Shown here piece after piece: positions 51,275 to 61,595 of a stretch of 64,000 nt of DNA. The DNA comes from Alphaproteobacteria bacterium (GTDB lineage Bacteria > Pseudomonadota > Gammaproteobacteria > JAGOUN01). Position 1 is the first letter of the stretch. Every line of letters begins with the position of its first letter. Both the position numbers and the translations under genes were made by a program. Where the stretch lies: positions 5,859 through 69,858 of the forward strand of contig JAGKWX010000002.1 in assembly GCA_021151585.1 (NCBI GenBank), in the 5' to 3' direction. Below the pieces are notes generated by a model. It was not told where the DNA came from. It did not search any database and worked only from the letters and a program-made list of their open reading frames with translations.

Positions 51275-52500
51275 ACGGACACCCCCTTAACTTTTCGAAA
51301 CAAAGGAGCACTAATAAAAATTAACAACCCTGCGGCTATAACCGGCAGAATTAAATTAACGTTTACTAATAGGCCGAGCAAAATACCGTTTGCAATAAAA
51401 GCAAGTGAAACTCCGGCATCTGCACCGCCCATGACTTTTCCTTGTTCTTGCGGTGTTACAGAATTAGAAAATAAAGTCATCACCGCGGTATACAACACCA
51501 TCTGCACAGCAGGGGCAAAAAACGCAACACACCATTGTATCCAAACCCAGGTTGTGAATGCAGATATAGCGACAATGGTCGCTAAGACCGCAGCCATAAT
51601 GACACTGCATTCATTAAGGCTAAATTTTCTCAACATATACGGTTGTAGAAATAAAATACCCACTATATTACCCAAAGCAAATACTGCAAATACAATTGCG
51701 ATTAGACTAGTACTGTAATTAAAATAGCTGGATAACAACAATGGCAAATTACAAAAATAGGTTCCCCAACCAAAAAACATCAAAAAAAATGCAAATAATA
51801 ATCGTCGCGTTCGTTGATCAGCAAGCACTGCTCGAATTACCAACATGCCTCTAAAAAAATGCACATCACGTGCTGGATACTGATTTTTAAGTTCGGGAAG
51901 AAAAAGCCAAACACCAATAAAATTAAGCAATGAAATAACGGTAGCAATATAAAAAGGTGCTGTATAATCAAAAATTCCTGATAAAGCCGGTAATGTACTA
52001 ACGCTCGTAATAACTGGACCAATAACAAAACCCATAGAGGCCGCCAAAGTCACTAAACTTATATTTCGTGATTTGGTAGCATCATCGCTAATATCAACCA
52101 TGGCGGCCTGAGCTATAGGAAAACTACCGCCAAAAAAACCTGCTAAAAATCTTGAAAAAATAAATAAGCTCAATGAGTGATGATAAACACCAAGCCCAGA
52201 TAAAGCATTACTGATAATCATCCCAAACAAGCAGATTAAAATCACCGTTTTACGTGATAATTTATCTGACAAATCACCCATATATGGCGAGCCAAAAAAC
52301 AAACCCAAAGGCCAGGCAGTCAAACATACACCATACATTAAATTACGCATGGCAAGAGTCATGTCTACTGGTACAATCGCTTGCGTATTGCTATAAAACA
52401 AGCTGGGCAAAACCGGAAAAACTAATCCAATACCCATAATATCGATAATAATCGTCAGCATTAGTGCTACAATTATCGCAACATGTTTATTCTTGTGCAT
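51271..52500 (-). CDS. MFS transporter (12 TM, TetA-like drug/H+ antiporter family)
   Basis: 409-aa polytopic protein. Motif A-like GDLSDKLSRK between TM2 and TM3. Confidence 0.8.
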   Translation of the reverse strand: MHKNKHVAIIVALMLTIIIDIMGIGLVFPVLPSLFYSNTQAIVPVDMTLAMRNLMYGVCLTAWPLGLFFGSPYMGDLSDKLSRKTVILICLFGMIISNALSGLGVYHHSLSLFIFSRFLAGFFGGSFPIAQAAMVDISDDATKSRNISLVTLAASMGFVIGPVITSVSTLPALSGIFDYTAPFYIATVISLLNFIGVWLFLPELKNQYPARDVHFFRGMLVIRAVLADQRTRRLLFAFFLMFFGWGTYFCNLPLLLSSYFNYSTSLIAIVFAVFALGNIVGILFLQPYMLRKFSLNECSVIMAAVLATIVAISAFTTWVWIQWCVAFFAPAVQMVLYTAVMTLFSNSVTPQEQGKVMGGADAGVSLAFIANGILLGLLVNVNLILPVIAAGLLIFISAPLFRKVKGVSV

Positions 52501-52582
52501 AAGATTTCCTATTAAAACTCAGTTGCATTCTAAGACAATTCACGTACAATTTCATTACTGATTCTTAACTTACCCAGACTTT

Positions 52583-53146
52583 ATGGCAACTTATAGCACT
52601 AATGAATTCAAAAACGGCATGAAAATAATGGTCGATGGCTCTCCTTACAATATTCTTGAGGTTGAATTTGTAAAACCTGGCAAAGGCCAAGCTTTTACAC
52701 GCGTTAAAATGAAAAACCTTAAAACAGATCGCGTCATTGAGAAGACATTCAAAGCAAACGACTCAGTCGAAGCAGCAGATGTTCTCGAAATGGAAGCACA
52801 ATATTTATATTCTGATGGTGATCAATGGCATTTCATGTCACAAGAATCATTCGAGCAATACGCTGTTGGCAAAGAAGGTGCAAGTGATGCAGCACAATGG
52901 CTAAAAGAAGAAGATATTTGCACGCTCTTATTATGGAACAATGAAGTCATCAATGTTACCCCCCCGAATTTTGTTATCTTAAAAGTTGCTGAAACCGATC
53001 CTGGTTTACGCGGAGACACCTCTGGTGGCGGTGGAAAACCGGCAACACTTGAGACAGGCGCAGTTGTGCGCGTACCATTGTTTGTAAATATCGGTGATGT
53101 TCTTAAAGTCGATACCCGCTCTGGAGAATACGTCTCTCGTGCGTAA
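52583..53146 (+). CDS. efp: Elongation factor P
   Basis: [33 protein letters not shown]. Confidence 0.95.
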   Translation: MATYSTNEFKNGMKIMVDGSPYNILEVEFVKPGKGQAFTRVKMKNLKTDRVIEKTFKANDSVEAADVLEMEAQYLYSDGDQWHFMSQESFEQYAVGKEGASDAAQWLKEEDICTLLLWNNEVINVTPPNFVILKVAETDPGLRGDTSGGGGKPATLETGAVVRVPLFVNIGDVLKVDTRSGEYVSRA

Positions 53147-54224
53147 GATCTTGTGGCAGCCCTCAGCTTCTGCTGAAAACTTAAAAAATCGCGCAGAAAT
53201 TTTAAAAACCCTGCGCGATTTTTTTTATGCTCGACACATTACTGAAGTTGAGACACCACTCATGTGCTCTGCGGGAACAACAGATGTATATTTAGACAGC
53301 TTTTTGACACTAGCCGACAATACTGTCGCCGTAGATATGTCACTAAAAAGCAATGGCATTTCTCAAGAGCAGCCACCCATATCTTGTAGCTCAATCCCGG
53401 TCATAGACAGCCGCCGCCACCTCGAACATGAGATTCGCTCTTCAACTTCTTCAACAATATTAACTAAACGTTATTTACAAACCTCACCCGAATTCGCCAT
53501 GAAACGCTTATTAGCCGCAGGCATTGGTGATTGTTATCAAATTTGCAAAGCTTTTCGCGTTGATGAAATCGGAAAAAATCATAACCCTGAATTCACTATG
53601 CTAGAATGGTATCGTTTAAATTTCGATCACCATCAGCTAATGGATGACATGGATGCGCTATTGCAAGTTGTTTTAAAATGCCTGCCTGCTAAACGCGTCA
53701 GTTATCAGCGATTATTTTTAGAATATTTACAGATTGACCCACACACGGCATCGATTGATGATCTGATCAATATTGCCCCAGAACTATGCGCTGCTTTAGA
53801 TAAAAATATTGATACGAAAGACGATTATTTGATGCTACTTTTATCGCATCTAATCGAACCTAACATTGGTTTTGACCGCCCTTGTTTTATTTATGATTTC
53901 CCAGCAACACAAGCTGCTCTTTCTAAAATTAACAACAATGTTGCCCAGCGTTTCGAAGTCTATGTCAACGGCATAGAGCTCGCAAATGGCTTTCATGAAT
54001 TGCAACATGCCGAAGAACAATTACAACGCTTCGAACATGATAATAAAAAACGCCGTGAATTACATAAGCCCGAGGTAACTATTGATTATCGCTTAATCGA
54101 GGCACTGAAGCATGGCTTGCCTAATTGTGCTGGCGTTGCACTGGGCGTTGATCGTTTGATCATGCTAGCACTGCAACAAGAAAAACTAGGTAATGTCATC
54201 AGTTTTTCGTCGGAAAATTGTTAA
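53139..54224 (+). CDS. epmA: EF-P--(R)-beta-lysine ligase (PoxA/GenX, class II LysRS paralogue)
   Basis: [45 protein letters not shown] and GVALG.DRL.ML match E. coli EpmA. The start is GTG at 53139 or TTG at 53151, overlapping the efp end. Confidence 0.85.
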   Translation: MRKILWQPSASAENLKNRAEILKTLRDFFYARHITEVETPLMCSAGTTDVYLDSFLTLADNTVAVDMSLKSNGISQEQPPISCSSIPVIDSRRHLEHEIRSSTSSTILTKRYLQTSPEFAMKRLLAAGIGDCYQICKAFRVDEIGKNHNPEFTMLEWYRLNFDHHQLMDDMDALLQVVLKCLPAKRVSYQRLFLEYLQIDPHTASIDDLINIAPELCAALDKNIDTKDDYLMLLLSHLIEPNIGFDRPCFIYDFPATQAALSKINNNVAQRFEVYVNGIELANGFHELQHAEEQLQRFEHDNKKRRELHKPEVTIDYRLIEALKHGLPNCAGVALGVDRLIMLALQQEKLGNVISFSSENC

Positions 54225-54258
54225 ATCTTTATATCAGTAATGATTACATCATCAGCAT

Positions 54259-54297
54259 GTAGGGTGGATTAGGCCTAATTGCCATTATCCACCCTAC
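54259..54297. terminator. Strong stem-loop between convergent epmA and the OPT transporter
   Basis: gtagggtggat (54259-54269) pairs perfectly with atccaccctac (54287-54297). 17-nt loop. Confidence 0.5.
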
Positions 54298-54317
54298 AAC
54301 CACACAGATAGTGAAAT

Positions 54318-56351
54318 TTATTTTTTCATACACGTTACACGCCGAACCATCCACCAACATAGCACAACCGTAACAACGATGCCTAATAAATCCGCCGTCG
54401 ATGTAAAATCAGGGCCAACTAAACTCCAAGCATCTGAGCTTTTCTTGATCGCAAATGGAATCGCAAGCAAGACACCGACCAAGGCAGAACCAGCCACTAA
54501 ACCACACGCCAGTGTTAAACCACGATGCTTGCCAGTAGTGATTTTTTCATCAATAGCGGTATCATCTTGGTGCCGTTGACGCAGTTTTTTGAACCGACGA
54601 TTTACCAAAAATTGAACTATACCGCCAAATAATACTGGCACGGTGGCGCTAAACGGCAAATAAATACCTAAACCAACCGCCAAAACAGGCAAACGCATTT
54701 TATAAGGCTTCAAGATTTCATCGATAACAATCGCAAAAAACGCAATAATACAACCGGTAATGATCATATCCCAAGGCAAATTATGAGTAAATGTACCTGT
54801 TGCAACTGCGGCAATTAAGCCCGCTTGCGGCGCTGGCAACATCTGTTTTACATCCATTCCAGGATGCGGGAACACACCCGCCATACCATAAGCATGAAAT
54901 AATAAACTTAAAACCAGTGGGATAATCATCGCAGAAACACAGACGCCGATCATCAACATCAGTTGCTGCTTCCAAGGTGTTGCGCCAACGATTTGCCCCA
55001 CTTTTAGGTCTTGAATCGTTTCATTTGCAATCACAATCGCCGCACTAATAATCGCTGTAATAAAAACAGCGTATCCTGCCGCCGATAATTCTGCCTGCGT
55101 CACTTGACCCAAGAAATCAATATCAACACTAAATGCGACTAACAATAATAATGTTAGCAACAACAGCACCGAAATGTTCAAACCAGAACCAGGGCTATTC
55201 GTTGAGCCAATCAACCCTGCGAAGTAAGCAGAAATCGAAGAAAACGCGAAGCCTACTACCAAGATATAGAGAATCGTTAAAATAGCCACCGTCCAACGCA
55301 AACCTGCGTTAATGGGTAAAATACTTGGATTCAATAAGCTATACGCGAAAATAAACGTTGGAACCATCAATGCAAACAACAACCACAATACCGTTGTTAA
55401 TGGAATATCGCGCTCTGTACGCGGCAGTGCTTCAGCGCCATCTAAACGCGCCGCACGAATAGATAACCAAGATGTTTTCAAACTGCGTAACACCGGTTTC
55501 ATTAAACAGATTAATGTCCATAAACCACCGACTAACATCGTGCCTACACCCATGTAGCGAATATGCTGTGTCCACAACAAGTGCGCAGACTCCATCGGTT
55601 GTGTAATATCAGGAATGCCATAAATATGCGTCAATACAGGCACACCAACGACCCAACCAATAATCACACCAACAAACATGCTGACGCCAACGTTCATACC
55701 GACAATGTATCCCGCCGCAATCAAGGCTGGTGAAAATCCGAAACCAACACCAAATAAAGTATCTTTAATTTTCCACCAATACTCTGCCGCATCAGAACAC
55801 AAACGAAAACCCGTTTGACACAAAGTAATCAGGGCGCCTACTATTCCGCCTTTAATCAACATGCCTAAATCAGCTGAATCTTCAGTGACGCTCGCTTTTA
55901 AAACGTTACCGATCGCAGCGCCTTCAGGAAAACGCAGTTCTGGACTATTAATTAAAGCACGACGAATCGGGATTGAATATAAAACCCCTAATAAACCACC
56001 GATCAGACCAACAATGACCGTTTCCCAGTAGTTAAAGTCACTCCAAAAGCCTAAAATCAATAAGGCAGGAACCACAAACGCTAAACCAGCCGTTAGCCCC
56101 TCACCGGCTGAGGCTGCTGTTTGTACTAATGTGCTTTCAAGTATGCTATTACGCCTAAACATGCGTAAGACACCTAAAGAAATCACCGCAGCAGGAATAG
56201 ACGCTGACACGGTCACCCCTACTTTTAAGCCTAAAAACGCATTCGCCGCAGCCAAAACCAAGGTTAGAACAATCGATAATATTATCGATTTAAAGGTCAG
56301 TTCTGGTAGAGACTTCGATGCTGGAATCAAAGATTCTGTGGGTGCTGACAT
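54318..56351 (-). CDS. OPT-family oligopeptide transporter
   Basis: 677-aa polytopic protein. LTFKSIILSI..T.VLAAANAFLGLKVG.T.SASIPAAV is typical of the bacterial OPT family. The ATG at 56351 follows GGAAGG; the upstream 103 codons of the ORF are non-coding-like. Confidence 0.85.
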   Translation of the reverse strand: MSAPTESLIPASKSLPELTFKSIILSIVLTLVLAAANAFLGLKVGVTVSASIPAAVISLGVLRMFRRNSILESTLVQTAASAGEGLTAGLAFVVPALLILGFWSDFNYWETVIVGLIGGLLGVLYSIPIRRALINSPELRFPEGAAIGNVLKASVTEDSADLGMLIKGGIVGALITLCQTGFRLCSDAAEYWWKIKDTLFGVGFGFSPALIAAGYIVGMNVGVSMFVGVIIGWVVGVPVLTHIYGIPDITQPMESAHLLWTQHIRYMGVGTMLVGGLWTLICLMKPVLRSLKTSWLSIRAARLDGAEALPRTERDIPLTTVLWLLFALMVPTFIFAYSLLNPSILPINAGLRWTVAILTILYILVVGFAFSSISAYFAGLIGSTNSPGSGLNISVLLLLTLLLLVAFSVDIDFLGQVTQAELSAAGYAVFITAIISAAIVIANETIQDLKVGQIVGATPWKQQLMLMIGVCVSAMIIPLVLSLLFHAYGMAGVFPHPGMDVKQMLPAPQAGLIAAVATGTFTHNLPWDMIITGCIIAFFAIVIDEILKPYKMRLPVLAVGLGIYLPFSATVPVLFGGIVQFLVNRRFKKLRQRHQDDTAIDEKITTGKHRGLTLACGLVAGSALVGVLLAIPFAIKKSSDAWSLVGPDFTSTADLLGIVVTVVLCWWMVRRVTCMKK

Positions 56352-56478
56352 GGTTATTACCTTCCCATTATTGAAAAAAAGAGTACGATTGTACAGGATT
56401 ATGTAGCCGCAGGCTACCCAAGAATTCCACCCCCGCACCTGATCTGCATTTACCCTGGATATAATATCCGAGCTAACC

Positions 56479-56850
56479 TTAAGTATTGACAGGCGATGAC
56501 GGTACAGTACGCACGCTATCAGGCGACGTAGAGCGGCTCCAAAGATCTTGAAATAAACGACTAGACATAGATTTAGCGGCTGGCAAGCTATTTTCCGTCG
56601 ATGGAGGTCGCACACCGTCACAAATAAGCAACTGCTTATTGACCGCAGCAAGATACTCACGCGTTTGACTTATGGCTTGAGCTAACTCATAAGAATCTTC
56701 TGGCATTTCTAGAAATAAAAAATCTACATGAATTTGTTCAAACTCAGCCTTAAGCGCGTGAAAAATGCTTAAACCGCTGATGTCCTCTATGTGTTTATGA
56801 CTCTCAAATTCACTGATCTTAGCCTGTAATCTCTCAAAATTATCTCTCAT
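56479..56850 (-). CDS. Hypothetical protein (orphan): helical N-terminal half, Ser/Pro/Thr-rich C-terminal tail
   Basis: 123-aa ORF with AAGAG upstream. No recognisable family. Confidence 0.4.
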   Translation of the reverse strand: MRDNFERLQAKISEFESHKHIEDISGLSIFHALKAEFEQIHVDFLFLEMPEDSYELAQAISQTREYLAAVNKQLLICDGVRPPSTENSLPAAKSMSSRLFQDLWSRSTSPDSVRTVPSSPVNT

Positions 56851-57287
56851 TTTTTTGCTCTTATTATTTTCATATTTAATATATAAGCGGAGTATCTTAA
56901 AGAAACCTTAAAAGACGCGTTGAAGTTCACAGTCAGATTTTAAATTAGGGCGCATTGACATTTTTTGATAAAATTCTGTACTGATTGGGGCCAGTGGCTA
57001 TAAAAACCATAGCGATTGTATCACCCAAGCTTGACCCATCCTGCGTTGCCAGGAATCCAGATGTACAACAACACACAGACGATCGATGGACCGCTTTTGT
57101 GCAAAATCTCATAATTTCTTGCATACTTATCAATTCCGAACTAGACTCCGAATATGTCGTTCAAATTCGGAGTTGGCTCCGAGGCAGGCTAATAGAGCGA
57201 AATTATTAATTATTCTACTATTACGCGCGATGTTGACGTTGATGATAAAACCACCAAAAATTATTTCTCCATTTTAGAAGATCCATC

Positions 57288-57887
57288 ATGACCTTACACT
57301 TTCAACAAGCTACATTTTTAACAAGCGCCGCAAAACTTGAACAATGTCCACCAGACACAGGAATGGAAATCGCCTTTGTCGGACGTTCTAATGCTGGAAA
57401 ATCCAGTTTATTAAATAGTTTATGCCAACAAAAAAAATTAGCGCGTACGAGCAAAGATCCCGGCCGCACGCGATTATTAAATTTTTTCACTTTAGATGAA
57501 GCACATCAACAACGTTTAGTCGATTTACCTGGCTATGGTTACGCGAAAGTATCTCATAGCATGCGCGATGAATGGGATAAAATGATCGATGACTACTTAT
57601 CGCAACGTGAGAGTTTACAAGCGATTATCTTAGTCATGGATATTCGCCACCCTATGCAACAATTTGATTGGCAAATGTTACATTGGGCTATCGACGCGAA
57701 AATTCACATTCATTTAGTCCTGACTAAAGCTGATAAACTCACTCGAGGCGCCGCGACCAATACGCTGTTAAGCGTGATGAAGCCACATCAAGGACGCGAC
57801 CTAATCACTGGTCAAACATTTTCTTCTTTAAAAAAAGAAGGTATGGATGTATTGGAAAAGGCGCTTAGGTCTATTTTTAAACAGTAG
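57288..57887 (+). CDS. engB: Ribosome-biogenesis GTPase EngB/YihA
   Basis: G1 GRSNAGKSS, G3 DLPGYG, G4 TKADK. Confidence 0.9.
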   Translation: MTLHFQQATFLTSAAKLEQCPPDTGMEIAFVGRSNAGKSSLLNSLCQQKKLARTSKDPGRTRLLNFFTLDEAHQQRLVDLPGYGYAKVSHSMRDEWDKMIDDYLSQRESLQAIILVMDIRHPMQQFDWQMLHWAIDAKIHIHLVLTKADKLTRGAATNTLLSVMKPHQGRDLITGQTFSSLKKEGMDVLEKALRSIFKQ

Positions 57888-57996
57888 ATAGGGTGATTCC
57901 ATGATGAAACAGTATTGAAAAACAAAATATCACGAACGATCTTTTGTACGAAAATCAAGTTTCCCTTTGGCAAAAAACTGCGTATACTCTCGACTT

Positions 57997-60144
57997 ATGA
58001 AAACATTACTACAGCATCTTAACGGCGCCCAACAACAAGCAGTGTCTGCTCCTTTGGGCAATCTCATGATTCTGGCCGGCGCGGGTAGCGGCAAAACGCG
58101 CGTGCTTGTGCACCGCATTGCCTGGCTCATGCAAGAAGAGCAGGCCTCACCTTACAGCATCCTCGCTGTCACCTTTACCAATAAAGCCGCTAGCGAAATG
58201 CGCACACGTGTCGAAGCATTATTAGGTGGCTCGGTAACTGCAATGTGGCTAGGAACATTTCATGGCCTGGCGCACCGTTTACTGCGTACACATTGGCAAG
58301 ATGCTGGCTTGAGCCAAAATTTTCAAATCTTAGATAGCGGCGACCAACAACGCCTCATCAGACGGGTGATGCGCGACCTCAATATCGATGAAGAGCGCTT
58401 TCCCTACAAGCAAGCGCAGTGGTTTATCAACCAGAAAAAAGACGAGGGCTTGCGCCCAGAACAGTTGTCGAACACTTACCAATCTCAAGAAGCGATATAT
58501 ATCAGGATTTATGAGGCTTACGAAACTGCGTGCGAAAAATCCGGCATGATTGATTTTGCCGAATTATTATTACGCGCCTATGAATTATGGCAGAGTCATC
58601 CTGAACTACTAGCACATTATCGAAATCGCTTTCGTCATGTTTTAGTCGATGAATTTCAAGATATTAACGGCATTCAGTATGCTTGGTTACGTTTATTGAT
58701 GAGCGATAAAAATTATTTCACTGTCGTTGGTGATGATGACCAATTAATTTACAGTTGGCGTGGCGCTTGTTCGGACAATTTGAAAAAATTCAAAAAAGAA
58801 TTTCATGATGTTACCACTATTACTCTTGATCAAAATTATCGCTCCACTAGCACCATCTTAAACGCCGCCAACGCTTTAATTGCTGTTAATCGTGATCGCT
58901 TTGGCAAACAACTGTGGACCGAGGGAGACCTTGGTGATCCAATCCGCGTTTATGCTGCTTACAATGAAATTGATGAGTCTCGGTTTATTGCCGATGAATG
59001 CAGGCAATGGTTTGAACAAGGGCATAACTACAACGACGTTGCAATTTTATATCGCTCTAATGCTCAATCACGCGTACTTGAAGAAGCATTATTGCAACAG
59101 GGCATAGCTTATCGCATTTATGGTGGTTTGCGCTTCTTCGAGCGGGCAGAAATTAAAGATGCTCTCGCTTATTTGCGCTTATGCTTTAATCGATTTGATG
59201 ACAGCTCTTTTGAGCGAATTGTTAACGTCCCACCACGGGGCATAGGCAACAAAACGCTAGAAACATTACGTGATTATGCCCGCGAAAAAACGATATCTTT
59301 ATGGCAGGCCGCGTGCGAAGCAGAACTACCACCTCGCGCGCAAACATCATTGCAAAGCTTTGTTGAGCTCATCAATCAACTAGACACACAAACAAAGAAC
59401 CTATCTTTATTAGAGATGACAGAAATCATCGTTGAAGCTTCGGGCTTAATTGAACACCACCACAAAGAAAAAGGTGAAACAGGTCGTGCACGCGTAGAAA
59501 ACTTGCGCGAATTAATTTCTGCAGCTGGTGAATTTAATTTCGAGGATGTGCCAGCTGAAGAAAAACACACCTTGTCACCTATGGCAGCATTCTTATCCCA
59601 TGCCACACTAGAAGCTGGCGAACATCAAGCAAACGAAATGACTCAAAGCGTAAAACTCATGACTTTGCATGCTGCCAAAGGATTAGAATTTCCTTTTGTC
59701 ATTTTATGCGGCATGGAAGACGGTCTATTCCCACACCAAATGAGCAAAAACGAGCCAAAAGGTCTCGAGGAAGAGCGCAGACTATGCTATGTTGGCATGA
59801 CGCGCGCGATGCAACACTTATTACTGACTTATGCTGAATCACGACGCGTTCATGGCAAAACAACTATGGCAGCGCCTTCTCGTTTTTTGCGCGAAATACC
59901 TGCGGAGTTTATGCAAGAAATTCGCATGCAAAGCAAAATTTCACGACCAGTGAGCTTTAGTTCGCAACAAAAATTTTTACAGAATGAGGATATCGGATAT
60001 TCATTGGGCCAACACGTCAACCACGCTAGCTTTGGCGCTGGCACCATTGTTGACATAGAGCCTAATGGCGAGAAAACTCGTTTACAAATCAAGTTTAGAT
60101 CAGGCACAAAATGGTTAATCGCTAGTTTAGCAAAATTAACATAG
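57997..60144 (+). CDS. uvrD: ATP-dependent DNA helicase II (UvrD)
   Basis: LN..Q..AV......L.ILAGAGSGKTRVL..RIAWL, VDEFQD, TLHAAKGLEF. The ~715-aa length fits UvrD rather than Rep. Confidence 0.88.
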   Translation: MKTLLQHLNGAQQQAVSAPLGNLMILAGAGSGKTRVLVHRIAWLMQEEQASPYSILAVTFTNKAASEMRTRVEALLGGSVTAMWLGTFHGLAHRLLRTHWQDAGLSQNFQILDSGDQQRLIRRVMRDLNIDEERFPYKQAQWFINQKKDEGLRPEQLSNTYQSQEAIYIRIYEAYETACEKSGMIDFAELLLRAYELWQSHPELLAHYRNRFRHVLVDEFQDINGIQYAWLRLLMSDKNYFTVVGDDDQLIYSWRGACSDNLKKFKKEFHDVTTITLDQNYRSTSTILNAANALIAVNRDRFGKQLWTEGDLGDPIRVYAAYNEIDESRFIADECRQWFEQGHNYNDVAILYRSNAQSRVLEEALLQQGIAYRIYGGLRFFERAEIKDALAYLRLCFNRFDDSSFERIVNVPPRGIGNKTLETLRDYAREKTISLWQAACEAELPPRAQTSLQSFVELINQLDTQTKNLSLLEMTEIIVEASGLIEHHHKEKGETGRARVENLRELISAAGEFNFEDVPAEEKHTLSPMAAFLSHATLEAGEHQANEMTQSVKLMTLHAAKGLEFPFVILCGMEDGLFPHQMSKNEPKGLEEERRLCYVGMTRAMQHLLLTYAESRRVHGKTTMAAPSRFLREIPAEFMQEIRMQSKISRPVSFSSQQKFLQNEDIGYSLGQHVNHASFGAGTIVDIEPNGEKTRLQIKFRSGTKWLIASLAKLT

Positions 60145-60226
60145 GAAAAATCGCATACTCAAGGAATTGCACTTTTAACTAAGAATTACTATAGTTATAA
60201 ACAATTAGGCAAAGGAATGAAATCAC

Positions 60227-60835
60227 ATGAAATCCCTGAATATTAAAAAAATTCTAGCTTGTGCATTAGCTATTAGTTTCATACAAACCAGCCTCGCCGA
60301 CGCTGACTTGCCAAATATCGGCAGCAGCATTACTAACAATGCTAATAATCAGTTAATCTCCGCCATTAATCTGCCTTTGCCATTTGTAGTGTCTGTTTGG
60401 TCGATGATGTCAAATTACTATAGCAGCACATCCAATTTTCCACCAGCCAACACATTTGCGGTTGATACATCAATATTAACTAATGTAAACATCATAACAA
60501 ACACCAGCTACGGAACGTTAGAAGTTCATTACGGGCCTAACGCACCAGGGCCTATGGCAAACAAAGGTTACGCGCTTGCGCCGACACGGGTAGTACGTAA
60601 AGGCAACATTTTCTACATCTATGAACTAACTCAATGCTTTACCAATATCATGCGTTCGGCGCCAAATTTACTACAAGTAAAGCAAGGCACTAACAGCGAT
60701 ATCTTTGGCAATTCGAATCTAGGCACAAATTGCTCTTATGCAGAAGACCCATATGCTGCGGCCATTAATCAGGTTGAAGGCAATGGTACCGCGCCACCAT
60801 CGGATGGCGTCGGCGCAGGAGTGGGGGCCGCATGA
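60227..60835 (+). CDS. Secreted protein resembling a type IV pilin head domain, but with a Sec (SPase I) signal peptide instead of a prepilin leader
   Basis: Signal peptide ...TSLA-DA, with no G/FTLxE motif. MSNYYSSTSNFPPAN resembles the pilin alpha1-C ..YY...G.FP..N motif. LEVHYGPNAPGPMANKGYAL resembles the pilin beta-sheet ..F..GaGp.nkGk. There is a C-terminal Cys pair (QCF...NCSY). Confidence 0.5.
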   Translation: MKSLNIKKILACALAISFIQTSLADADLPNIGSSITNNANNQLISAINLPLPFVVSVWSMMSNYYSSTSNFPPANTFAVDTSILTNVNIITNTSYGTLEVHYGPNAPGPMANKGYALAPTRVVRKGNIFYIYELTQCFTNIMRSAPNLLQVKQGTNSDIFGNSNLGTNCSYAEDPYAAAINQVEGNGTAPPSDGVGAGVGAA

Positions 60836-61467
60836 AACAAGCAAAACTTACAGCGTCTCTCCTTTTTTTAAGCGCGGGATTATCCATACAATCGGCTGCA
60901 TATGCAGAGATTATTAATGGCGGTTTACAAAATTTAGGCAACACTCCTCCATCCGCAATAAAGCTCAATCTGGTATATATCACCATGGGTGGAACCATGG
61001 CATTGATCGCAGATTATGTCGAAAAAAACAACCAATGCCCCCCCGCTGAGTATTTCAAAGACTCGCTGAATAATGTCCTCTCCATTTCTAATGGCTCGGC
61101 ATGTGATGTGGTTGTGCAATTCGGCAGCGATGTTCCCGGGCCGTTACAATACAAAATTATCCGTATGGTCGTCAAAAACACTGGAACAGCGCCCCCTAGC
61201 CCGGCAGAGTTTGGCATACGTCAAATTATCACGGATATTGATTATGGCTCAAACGGCGTAGACCAAGTGTTTTTATTAAACCAAGCACCGGCTTATTTCT
61301 GGTCACATACGCTACAAGGATCTAGTTTTGGCAATGCAGCCAGCGTGCCAACGTCCCTGGTCCTACAAGACTCTTATGACACTATCGTTGCCAAGACCAA
61401 GGCTGTAAATGCGGTCTCAAGCCCAGGTTCACAAAATAAGGCCAGCAAAAATTATACCATTGGCTAG
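60832..61467 (+). CDS. Paralogue of the preceding pilin-head-like secreted protein
   Basis: Signal peptide ...SAAYA-EI. IADYVEKNNQCPPAEYF and VVVQFGSDVPGPLQYKIIRM align with the upstream ORF, and both share a GTAPPS motif. ATGA overlap with the upstream stop. Confidence 0.5.
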   Translation: MKQAKLTASLLFLSAGLSIQSAAYAEIINGGLQNLGNTPPSAIKLNLVYITMGGTMALIADYVEKNNQCPPAEYFKDSLNNVLSISNGSACDVVVQFGSDVPGPLQYKIIRMVVKNTGTAPPSPAEFGIRQIITDIDYGSNGVDQVFLLNQAPAYFWSHTLQGSSFGNAASVPTSLVLQDSYDTIVAKTKAVNAVSSPGSQNKASKNYTIG

Positions 61468-61595
61468 AATGTGTGCAGATAATGAGCCGAAGCGGAGCAA
61501 CATATCATCACAAGATTTCACCAACCCCCAAACCATGCTAGAAATTTTAATTTTAAATTCTGCAGTTAAGTACTGGCATACAAACTGACGCTGGC

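Noticed and set aside
56352-56660. 103-codon N-terminal extension of the OPT transporter ORF.
   Set aside because: The extension is Cys/Arg-rich junk that overlaps the 3' end of the 56479-56850 ORF. The internal ATG at 56351 has a GGAAGG SD and begins the conserved OPT N-terminus.
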